NCBI GenBank assembly: GCA_028357285.1
Contig: JAOMWM010000003.1
Location: forward strand, 41,679-105,678
Direction of reading: 5' to 3'
DNA length: 64,000 nucleotides
Source of the DNA: Schleiferiaceae bacterium
GTDB lineage: Bacteria; Bacteroidota; Bacteroidia; Flavobacteriales; Schleiferiaceae
Position numbers and translations under genes: made by a program. Numbering within the stretch: the stretch's first letter is position 1; the number at the start of each line of letters is the position of its first letter. The notes below the pieces were generated by a model. That model was not told where the DNA came from. It saw only the letters and a list, made by a program, of their open reading frames with translations, and ran no database searches. Positions 1-7,681 of this stretch are shown piece by piece.

Positions 1-95
1 GATTAACGGTCCTCTCAAAACTCGGGGATCTTATTTCAGATACGGAATTCCCGCTTCGTGAGCCTGACTTTAAGGAAGACCATCCGAAGGAATAA
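1..95 (+). CDS. 3' end of an upstream CDS entering the window; by operon position possibly the ATP-binding subunit of the metal ABC transporter
   Basis: Frame 3 is open from the window edge (..LSKLGDLISDTEFPLREPDFKEDHPKE) to TAA at 93-95. The stop overlaps the next start as TAATG, the same coupling used by downstream genes. Function is guessed from context only. Confidence 0.3.
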   Translation, partial: LTVLSKLGDLISDTEFPLREPDFKEDHPKE

Positions 96-1360
96 TGTTT
101 GACCCGATTTTCATAAAAGTGCTTATAGGTACCCTGCTGTTGGCGGCTTCGTCTTCTGTGGTGGGGGCTTTTAGCTTTTTGAAAGGTGAAAGTTTAGTGG
201 GCGATGCTATTGCGCACGCGTTGCTTCCGGGAGTGGTTCTTGCATTTATACTGGGCGACGGACGAAACCCACTGTTTCTCATTTTTGGCGCTTTGGTGGC
301 AGGGCTTATTGCCCACTATGGAATTAGTTTCTTAGAACAGCGTACGAAGCTCAAGGCGGATACCGCCATCAGTTTAGTGTTATCTACCTTTTTCGGGTTT
401 GGCATCATGTTACTTTCTGCAGTGCAACGCACGGGGCTTGGCCAACAGGCCGGTTTGGAACGTTTCCTATTGGGAAAGGCTGCTGCCATTACCCTCTTCG
501 ATTTGTACGTTTTTGCCGCTCTGGCCGTGGTGCTGCTGGTGAGCGTCGCCGTTTTCTTTAAAGGGTTTCAGTTAATGACTTTTAATGAAGATTTTGCTGC
601 GGCCATCGGCCTTCCGGTTCAAGTGATTCGTTTCGTATTTACTATACTTACTGTTTTAGCAGTTACGGTTGGGATTCAATCCGTAGGTGTTGTTCTGATG
701 GCGGCACTCTTGATAACACCTGCCGCCGCCGCACGCTCCTGGACCTCTTCATTGCGTTTTATGCTCGTTTTATCTGCTGTTTTTGCAGCAGTCGCAGCGT
801 TAATGGGAACAGTGGTTAGCGCGAGCCTACCAAAAATGCCAACTGGACCATGGATCGTACTCGGGTTAGGCGGAATTGCGATTATTTCGCTGCTTTTTGC
901 ACCTGAAAAGGGATGGATTGCCCGTAGGAAAAGAGCAAAAGGAAACCAATTAAAGACGCAACGCGAAAATCTTTTGAAGCTCCTCTATGGTGCTGAAGAA
1001 AGAGAAGGTGAGACGGTTGCAATGACATCCGATATGATTGTTGCAATGAGACGCCAGCACCTTGACGGTTTGCGTAAAACACTACGGTCACTTAAAAAAG
1101 AATATCTACTAGTAGAACGACCCGATGGTTTTGCATTGACAGACAAGGGGCGTTCTGAGGGCCGTCGCGTGGTCCGCTTGCACCGCTTGTGGGAGCTTTA
1201 CCTCACTGAGCGTCTAGGCATGGCCGCAGATCACATTCACCCGCAGGCCGAAACCATGGAGCATATCATTACCCCGGAAATAGAAGCATTAATAGTTAAA
1301 GAACTGGGGAACCCAGAAGTGGATCCTCACCAAAGTCCTATACCCTATGAAGAAGATTAG
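95..1360 (+). CDS. ABC-3 family metal (Mn/Zn/Fe) transporter permease fused to a C-terminal DtxR/MntR-like metalloregulator domain
   Basis: 421-aa ORF. Residues 1-272 are a multi-TM permease with ABC-3 hallmarks (GDAIAHALLPGV, MTFNEDFAAAIGLPV, LITPAAAAR). Residues ~285-418 are a winged helix plus dimerisation domain with DtxR-spaced ligands (RLHRLWE..DHIHPQAETMEH..SPIP). Confidence 0.85.
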   Translation: MFDPIFIKVLIGTLLLAASSSVVGAFSFLKGESLVGDAIAHALLPGVVLAFILGDGRNPLFLIFGALVAGLIAHYGISFLEQRTKLKADTAISLVLSTFFGFGIMLLSAVQRTGLGQQAGLERFLLGKAAAITLFDLYVFAALAVVLLVSVAVFFKGFQLMTFNEDFAAAIGLPVQVIRFVFTILTVLAVTVGIQSVGVVLMAALLITPAAAARSWTSSLRFMLVLSAVFAAVAALMGTVVSASLPKMPTGPWIVLGLGGIAIISLLFAPEKGWIARRKRAKGNQLKTQRENLLKLLYGAEEREGETVAMTSDMIVAMRRQHLDGLRKTLRSLKKEYLLVERPDGFALTDKGRSEGRRVVRLHRLWELYLTERLGMAADHIHPQAETMEHIITPEIEALIVKELGNPEVDPHQSPIPYEED

Positions 1361-2255
1361 TATTTTGATTTTTATGGCCGCATCGTTTTGGGGCATGGCG
1401 CAGGAGCGTCCGGAGATGAAGGATATTGACGCTGACGATGTTGAATTAGCACCCATTTTTGCGGGTATGCCAGCCATAGCGACCGACCGTCCTGATATTA
1501 CCGAAAGTGCACAAATCACTCCTGTGGGTTGGTTTCAGTACGAAGGCGGGTACCAGTATTCGCATATAGAGGAAAGAATATCCAACACGAGTATAACAGA
1601 CGCCCATCAAATAGAGGAGGTATTACGTTTCGGAATAAATCAAAAATTTGAGGTGCGCGCGGTTATAAATGCAAATACAAAACGCCTTGATATCGTTGAT
1701 ATCTGGAATGAGCCTTCCCGTACCACAGGTGTAAATCCAGTGACTATTGGTTTTAAGTACAATCTAATAGAAGAAACAAACCTTCTGCCACAGACTACTT
1801 GGTTAAGTCACCTCACATTGCCCTGGATCGCTGGTGGCGATTACCGTGCGCCGGTACAAGGAAATATGCTGTTCCACGAACAGCGACTCATGCTGGAAAA
1901 AACATTGACCCCTCGCCTTGGAATTGCAAGCAACATTGGAATTTCCGGCGGCATGAACGGGACGAACGGCTTTGTGGATGGAGGAATGTTCTCATTGGCT
2001 CTTGGCTATGATTTAGGAAATGATTTCGGGGTATACGCGGAATATTTTAGCAACTGGCAGGTCCAAGGCACACAGTTGTTTGGCACTCCCTATTTTGACG
2101 GTGGGTTTACGAGGTTGTTATCGAACGACCTTCAACTAGACGTATACGCAGGATTTGACCTCAGCCCATATGTCAGCACAAGGCTCAATACAAGCGGTCT
2201 TTTCTTTGGAGCAGGTGTGAGTTACAGACTTCCTCTAGCCCAACATTTGCGTTAA
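1347..2255 (+). CDS. Outer-membrane beta-barrel protein, MetA-pathway-of-phenol-degradation-like 'transporter' family
   Basis: Signal peptide MKKISILIFMAASFWGMAQ, family-typical ATDRPDITES..GWFQYEGGYQY start, alternating hydrophobic strands, aromatic-rich C-terminus. Overlaps the previous gene by 14 nt and the next by 1 nt (TAATG). Confidence 0.6.
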   Translation: MKKISILIFMAASFWGMAQERPEMKDIDADDVELAPIFAGMPAIATDRPDITESAQITPVGWFQYEGGYQYSHIEERISNTSITDAHQIEEVLRFGINQKFEVRAVINANTKRLDIVDIWNEPSRTTGVNPVTIGFKYNLIEETNLLPQTTWLSHLTLPWIAGGDYRAPVQGNMLFHEQRLMLEKTLTPRLGIASNIGISGGMNGTNGFVDGGMFSLALGYDLGNDFGVYAEYFSNWQVQGTQLFGTPYFDGGFTRLLSNDLQLDVYAGFDLSPYVSTRLNTSGLFFGAGVSYRLPLAQHLR

Positions 2256-3118
2256 TGACTCCAACCCTTGCCATAGCATTAACCGCGGTTTTTACCGCAG
2301 TATCCTGTGCGTTATTAGGCGCTTTTCTTGTACTGCGTAAAATGACCATGGTGGGCGATGCCATCTCGCACGCTGTGCTTCCCGGTATAGCTGTGGCGTA
2401 TTGGTTAAGTCAGAGTCGCGCATCGCTTTGGATGTTCCTTGGAGCGGCTGCGGTGGGAGTTTTTGCCACAGTAGTTATAGAGGTATTGCGTAAAAAACTT
2501 AAGGTTCAAAGCGATGCGAGTATTGGAATGACGTTTACCACTTTGTTTGCACTAGGGGTCATACTCATTACTTTCTGGAGCGACAGCGTAGATTTAGATC
2601 AGGAGTGCGTACTCTATGGAGAGATTGCCTATGTTCCATTCAATGTTTGGTCCGCAGGGGATCTTAATATGGGACCAATTGCGCTATGGTCCTCAGGATT
2701 GCTCCTGCTCGCAGTCCTAGGCTACATTTTTGTCGGTTATAAAGGGCTGAAGATGTCTAGTTTTAATGAAGATTATGCTGCCGTTTTAGGCATAAGTGTG
2801 GCCGCTTGGAACCTCAGTTTAATGGCCATGGTGAGTTTTGCCACCGTGGTGAGTTTTGAAAGCGTCGGTGCCATTTTAGTTGTGGCTTTACTCGTAGTTC
2901 CTGCCGCAACCGCCTATCTTTTGGTGGAGAAACTTCACCATCTACTCTTGGTCGCTGCGTTCTTTGCCCTTGTTGCTGCCTTGGGAGGCTATGCCTGTAG
3001 CCGGTGGATGGACACTTCGATAGCCGGCACCATAGCAACCTTACTCGGGGTCCAATTTTTAATGGTCTTACTGTACCAGCAACTCATTTTAAAACGAAAC
3101 CATCATGCAGTGGCATAG
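2255..3118 (+). CDS. ABC-3 family metal ABC transporter permease (second permease)
   Basis: 287 aa, multi-TM, with GDAISHAVLPGIA, SSFNEDYAAVLGISV and LLVVPAATAYL motifs paralleling the first permease. Confidence 0.9.
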   Translation: MTPTLAIALTAVFTAVSCALLGAFLVLRKMTMVGDAISHAVLPGIAVAYWLSQSRASLWMFLGAAAVGVFATVVIEVLRKKLKVQSDASIGMTFTTLFALGVILITFWSDSVDLDQECVLYGEIAYVPFNVWSAGDLNMGPIALWSSGLLLLAVLGYIFVGYKGLKMSSFNEDYAAVLGISVAAWNLSLMAMVSFATVVSFESVGAILVVALLVVPAATAYLLVEKLHHLLLVAAFFALVAALGGYACSRWMDTSIAGTIATLLGVQFLMVLLYQQLILKRNHHAVA

Positions 3119-3557
3119 ACATTCCTTTGAAACCCTTCCTAAGAAGGATCTTTACGATATACTCCGCTTGCGTTCAGATATATTCGTCGTTGAACAGGAC
3201 TGCGTGTATCTAGATTTAGACAACCTGGACCAATCTAGTTTTCACCTCTATGCCAAAAACAACGAAGGGGCTGTGGTAGCATATGTGCGTGTTTTACCAC
3301 CAGGAACCGCTTACCCCCAAGTGAGTATCGGCCGGGTGGTGGTTGAGAAATCGTCGCGCGGAAAGGAATTGGGCATCGAACTCATGGTCCGCGCAGAAGA
3401 ATGGGCATGGGATTTATTCCAGGACGAGCGTGATGTGGTTATAATGGCACAATCGTACCTTCTTAATTGGTACGGACGCTTGGGTTATGTAGCTCAAGGC
3501 GAAGAGTTTTTAGAAGACGGTATTCCACACCGAATAATGGTCAAAAGCACCCGTTAA
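3105..3557 (+). CDS. elaA: GNAT family N-acetyltransferase, ElaA-like
   Basis: 150 aa. LYDILRLRSDIFVVEQDCVYLDLD and C-terminal EDGIPHRIM closely resemble E. coli ElaA. Overlaps the permease gene by 14 nt. Confidence 0.75.
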   Translation: MQWHRHSFETLPKKDLYDILRLRSDIFVVEQDCVYLDLDNLDQSSFHLYAKNNEGAVVAYVRVLPPGTAYPQVSIGRVVVEKSSRGKELGIELMVRAEEWAWDLFQDERDVVIMAQSYLLNWYGRLGYVAQGEEFLEDGIPHRIMVKSTR

Positions 3558-3638
3558 AATTCGAGTTGGGTGATAAATATCACGTAGCAAGGCATTTGGA
3601 GCGTCTACTTTTAAGGTCAAATCAACACCTTAAACGCC

Positions 3639-4898
3639 ATGTCAAAGCATTATAACGTTGTCGTTATTGGAGCAGGTACCGGTGGTATCATGACCGCTGC
3701 CCAATTAAAAAATGAAAAGAAAAGTCTAAGTATTGCGATCATCGATCCCGCACAAACACACTACTACCAGCCGGCTTGGACTTTAGTAGGTGCCGGAACT
3801 TTCGACTATCAAAAAACAGGTCGACCGATGGAATCTGTCATTCCTGCTGGATGCGATTGGATTCAAGATGCAGTGACAACCATAGATGCAGATGGAAATA
3901 GTGTAGCCACACAAAATTCAGGAAGCATTTCCTACGATTACCTCGTTACCGCTCCTGGTATACAGCTTGATGTAAACGGCATTCCTGGTTTGAAAGAAGG
4001 TCTAGAAAAAGGTGTGGTATGTTCGAACTATACCGATCCTAATAAGGTTTGGGAAAACGTTCAAAAGTTCAAAGGAGGAAACGCCATTTTTACCCAACCA
4101 ACAACGCCAATCAAATGTGGTGGCGCACCTCAAAAAATCATGTACCTCGCTGATGACTATTGGGCAAAGCAAGGCGTGAAAAACAAAACTAAAGTGGTTT
4201 TTGCGACTCCTGGATCTGTAATCTTTGGCGTTCCGGAATTTGCGAAAACACTGACTAAAGTGCTTCAACGTAAAGAAATCCACTTCAAACCCTTTTACGC
4301 AATCACAAAGATTGACGTCGCGAATAAAGAGGTTCATTTTAAAAACGCAAAACCGGGCGACAATAATTGCATTGTAAATGAAGGCGAAGGATTGGGTGAG
4401 CGTCTAGATGGCGATTCAACGTTCGTACTTCCGTTTGATTTTTTGCATATGGCCCCACCACAAAGTGCTCCGGATTTCATTAAAAATAGCCCGCTTTCAA
4501 ACGGTACTCCTGGGGGTTGGATAGATGTTGATATCAACACGCTTCAGCATAACAAATACCCAAATGTGTTTGCTTTAGGTGACTCTGCAGCGCTGCCAAC
4601 TGCGAAAACAGGTGCGGCAATTCGTAAGCAAGCGCCTGTGGTGACCGCGAATTTGTTGGCACATATGGAGAATGCTACATTCGGTGATGAACAATATGAA
4701 GGATACAGCTCTTGTCCACTAGTTACCGGCTACGGTAAAATGGTGTTGGCTGAATTTAAGTACAATAACGAAAGAGATTCCGATCCGTTCCTCAGCAAAT
4801 TTGTGGATACGACAAAGGAAAACTATAGCATGTGGATTTTGAAAAAGTATGGATTACCCTACTTATACTGGAACCGCATGATGAAAGGAAAAATGTGA
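3639..4898 (+). CDS. sqr: Type II sulfide:quinone oxidoreductase (FAD-dependent pyridine nucleotide-disulfide oxidoreductase)
   Basis: N-terminal FAD fold VVVIGAGTGG. The two redox cysteine contexts PIKCGGAPQKIMYL and YSSCPLVTGYGK match the SQRDL-type family. Confidence 0.85.
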   Translation: MSKHYNVVVIGAGTGGIMTAAQLKNEKKSLSIAIIDPAQTHYYQPAWTLVGAGTFDYQKTGRPMESVIPAGCDWIQDAVTTIDADGNSVATQNSGSISYDYLVTAPGIQLDVNGIPGLKEGLEKGVVCSNYTDPNKVWENVQKFKGGNAIFTQPTTPIKCGGAPQKIMYLADDYWAKQGVKNKTKVVFATPGSVIFGVPEFAKTLTKVLQRKEIHFKPFYAITKIDVANKEVHFKNAKPGDNNCIVNEGEGLGERLDGDSTFVLPFDFLHMAPPQSAPDFIKNSPLSNGTPGGWIDVDINTLQHNKYPNVFALGDSAALPTAKTGAAIRKQAPVVTANLLAHMENATFGDEQYEGYSSCPLVTGYGKMVLAEFKYNNERDSDPFLSKFVDTTKENYSMWILKKYGLPYLYWNRMMKGKM

Positions 4899-4929
4899 TC
4901 GTGTTCATATTTTGATGTGTTAGTTGAAT

Positions 4930-4959
4930 GCCTCGAGTGGAAACGCTCGGGGCTTTTTT
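4930..4959 (+). terminator. Intrinsic terminator-like hairpin after sqr
   Basis: GCCTCGAG (4930-4937) pairs with CTCGGGGC (4946-4953) with one G-T wobble, followed by T6 at 4954-4959. Confidence 0.6.
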
Positions 4960-5478
4960 ATGCTTAAATTCGTGAATATGAATACACCTCAAAACGCCGG
5001 GGCAGTGAGCCTCAAAGATTCGATTTTAGAGTTAGAGGGCTGGACGGACGCTGTATATCAGCAGAACTTCCTGGACTTCTTAGAGCAGCAGCCGTACATT
5101 ATGGGTACGTTGATGGAAGCCGACGAAGGCATGGATGAAGGCACGCACAGTTGGATGTTAAAATCTGTTCTATTGTTAAAATGGTCTTTCCAGAAAATGG
5201 GTTGGCGCTTGACTATGCTTAGTAATGAGAAATGGCAAGGCGTTATTGAAGAGAAATTGGAAACCTATGAATCGCATCAAGAGGAGCATGGATTGGATAT
5301 TTCTGCGCTCATTAAATTGAGCAGTTCGCCAAATACTTTGAGTGAATTGTTCCTCTACGTAGTTGAGAACAACGCGGGGACCGAGGAGGCGAAGGGCAAT
5401 GTACTTTTCTTGCTCGACTGCGCTATTGAAGCGATGGAAATGGCGGTTCTTCAAGACAAAACTGAAAGCGATACGTAA
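4960..5478 (+). CDS. Hypothetical acidic, probably all-helical protein
   Basis: ORF open from 4924. ATG candidates at 4960 and 4978 lie after the hairpin. The stop is 1 nt before the paaI start. No motif recognised. Confidence 0.5.
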   Translation: MLKFVNMNTPQNAGAVSLKDSILELEGWTDAVYQQNFLDFLEQQPYIMGTLMEADEGMDEGTHSWMLKSVLLLKWSFQKMGWRLTMLSNEKWQGVIEEKLETYESHQEEHGLDISALIKLSSSPNTLSELFLYVVENNAGTEEAKGNVLFLLDCAIEAMEMAVLQDKTESDT

Positions 5479-5479
5479 C

Positions 5480-5893
5480 ATGGATCAATCGAAGGATATA
5501 GTAGATCACATGATGAAGAACGATGCCTTCAGCCAATGGCTGGGCATTACCGTAGTGTCCAACGCTCCTGGCGAGGCGGTGCTAAAAATGACTGTACGTG
5601 ATGAAATGACGAACGGTTTTCAAATCGCGCACGGCGGGATTTCATATGCATTAGCAGATTCTACGCTAGCCTTTGCTGCAAATGGCGGCGGACGACAAAG
5701 TCTTTCTATTGAGACTAGTATACACCACCTACATCCAGTCCGCGCAGGAGATGAGCTGACTGCAACAGCAACCTTGTTGAGCGAAACGCATAAAACGGGG
5801 TTGTATCAAATAGATATCACAAACCGTACAGGGGAACGCGTGGCATGGTTTAAAGGAACCGTATACCGCACCTCTAAAGAATGGAACCTATGA
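5480..5893 (+). CDS. paaI: Hotdog-fold acyl-CoA thioesterase, PaaI-like
   Basis: Start moved to MDQSKDIV (ATG 5480). HGGISYALADSTLAFA hotdog core. Located in the paa context. Confidence 0.8.
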   Translation: MDQSKDIVDHMMKNDAFSQWLGITVVSNAPGEAVLKMTVRDEMTNGFQIAHGGISYALADSTLAFAANGGGRQSLSIETSIHHLHPVRAGDELTATATLLSETHKTGLYQIDITNRTGERVAWFKGTVYRTSKEWNL

Positions 5894-7095
5894 AACAAAC
5901 CTATATCGTAGATGGCGTACGTACGCCCATTGGAAAATTTAAAGGCACTCTTGCGGCGGTTCGACCGGACGATCTTGCGGCGATGACCATTGCTAAACTT
6001 ATGGAGAAAAATCCTGGTTTAGACCCATCGGCTATTGATGACGTCATTTTAGGTTGTGCGAATCAGGCGGGAGAGGATAACCGAAATGTAGCCCGTATGG
6101 CTGCGCTACTTGCAGGTTTGCCTTTGTCGGTTCCAGGCGAGACCGTGAATCGTTTATGTGCTTCAGGAATGAGCGCGGCCATCCATGCACATCGAGCAAT
6201 CATGGCGGGTGACGGGGATTTATTTATATCAGGCGGCGTAGAGAACATGAGTCGCGGACCTTACGTAATGAGCAAGCCGCAGTCTGCTTATGGCACGGAC
6301 AGTCGCATGTACGACAGCTCTTTTGGCTGGCGTTTTGTGAATCCAAAGATGAAGGAGCTGTATGGAACCCATGCCATGGGGGAAACGGCTGAGAATTTAG
6401 TTGAGAAGTACGGCATTAGCCGTGAAGACCAGGATGCATTTGCCGCTTGGTCGCAACAAAAGGCGGCTCGTGCCCAGGAGCGCGGAAGGCTTAGACTAGA
6501 GAAATTTGCTGTGGAAATTCCGCAGCGAAAAAAAGCCCCGTTGGTTTTTGCTGAGGATGAATTCATGAAGCCTAGCACAACGAAGGAAGGGCTCTCAGGT
6601 TTGCGTGCTGCCTTTAAAAAAGACGGATCGGTTACAGCGGGCAACAGTTCTGGTTTGAATGACGGCGCGGTGGCTTTGTTGATGGCCAGTGGTGAAGCAG
6701 TTGCGCAACACGGACTGAAGCCGCTCGCACGAATTGTGAGTTCAGCTGTGGCTGGAGTAGAACCTAGAATTATGGGAATTGGACCCGTCGAGGCGTCGAA
6801 AAAAGCACTTGACAAGGCAGGATTAACGCTAGACGATATGGACATTATTGAGATGAATGAGGCCTTTGCAGCACAGGTTTTAGCCTGCACGCGAGAACTT
6901 GGACTGGCGGATAATGATCCAAGAATTAATCCGAACGGCGGTGCCATTGCATTGGGTCACCCGCTTGGTGTGACGGGCGGGCGTATTCTTCATTCGGCAG
7001 CGATTGAACTGCAAGAAACAGGAAAGAAATATGCTCTAGTGAGCATGTGTATTGGCGTTGGCCAAGGCTACGCAACCATTCTAGAACGCGCTTAA
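5890..7095 (+). CDS. paaJ: 3-oxoadipyl-CoA/3-oxo-5,6-dehydrosuberyl-CoA thiolase
   Basis: Thiolase motifs NRLCASGM, NEAFAAQ, GHPLGVTG, CIGVGQG. ATG 5890 gives the typical MKQTYIVDGVRTPIG start and an ATGA overlap with the paaI stop. ATG 5881 is the alternative. Confidence 0.88.
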   Translation: MKQTYIVDGVRTPIGKFKGTLAAVRPDDLAAMTIAKLMEKNPGLDPSAIDDVILGCANQAGEDNRNVARMAALLAGLPLSVPGETVNRLCASGMSAAIHAHRAIMAGDGDLFISGGVENMSRGPYVMSKPQSAYGTDSRMYDSSFGWRFVNPKMKELYGTHAMGETAENLVEKYGISREDQDAFAAWSQQKAARAQERGRLRLEKFAVEIPQRKKAPLVFAEDEFMKPSTTKEGLSGLRAAFKKDGSVTAGNSSGLNDGAVALLMASGEAVAQHGLKPLARIVSSAVAGVEPRIMGIGPVEASKKALDKAGLTLDDMDIIEMNEAFAAQVLACTRELGLADNDPRINPNGGAIALGHPLGVTGGRILHSAAIELQETGKKYALVSMCIGVGQGYATILERA

Positions 7096-7096
7096 G

Positions 7097-7681
7097 ATGG
7101 CAGTTTACCAATTCCTTGACTTCATTCCGGTAATACATCCAACCGCTTTCGTACATCCTCAAGCTAATGTTACGGGCGATGTGATTATAGGTCCACACTG
7201 TTACATTGGTCCAGGGGCTGTTTTGCGTGGCGATTGGGGACGAATTGTCCTGGAAGAAGGCGTGAACGTTCAAGAAAACTGTGTGGTGCACATGTTCCCG
7301 AAAACGGAGACTCGGTTGAAGAAGATGGCGCACATGGGGCATGGAGCGATTATTCACGGCGGTACCTTAGGCGAAAATGTCCTGATCGGAATGAATGCGG
7401 TCGTGATGGATAATGTTGAGGTGGGCGACGGATGCATCGTAGGCGCATTGGCTTTTGTTCCACAGAATACGGTACTACCTGCGCGAAGCATTTTTGTGGG
7501 TAACCCCGGTAAGGTGGTGAAAGCTGTGAGTGATGAGATGTTGGCTTGGAAGACGGAAGGAACGGAGTTGTATATGAAATTGGCCGAACAATGCCATTCG
7601 ACATTAAAAGAAGTGACGCCATTGGAAGCGGTTGAGCATAATCGGCCCAATCATGAAGGAACCTATCAAACGCACAAATAA
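7097..7681 (+). CDS. paaY: Hexapeptide-repeat (gamma-carbonic-anhydrase-like) protein, PaaY-like
   Basis: Left-handed beta-helix repeats (VHPQANVTGDVIIGPHCYIGPGAVLRGD..), ~194 aa, located between the thiolase and paaZ. Confidence 0.8.
   Translation: MAVYQFLDFIPVIHPTAFVHPQANVTGDVIIGPHCYIGPGAVLRGDWGRIVLEEGVNVQENCVVHMFPKTETRLKKMAHMGHGAIIHGGTLGENVLIGMNAVVMDNVEVGDGCIVGALAFVPQNTVLPARSIFVGNPGKVVKAVSDEMLAWKTEGTELYMKLAEQCHSTLKEVTPLEAVEHNRPNHEGTYQTHK

Noticed and set aside
70-282. 70-aa minus-strand ORF at the window start
   Set aside because: It lies antisense to the clearly coding ABC-3 permease, has Ser/Pro/Ala-rich composition and shows no motif. This is typical shadow ORF behaviour.
6288-6947. 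219-aa minus-strand ORF inside paaJ
   Set aside because: It is antisense to a thiolase gene that carries all catalytic motifs. The low-complexity Ala/Ser/Pro translation marks it as a shadow ORF.
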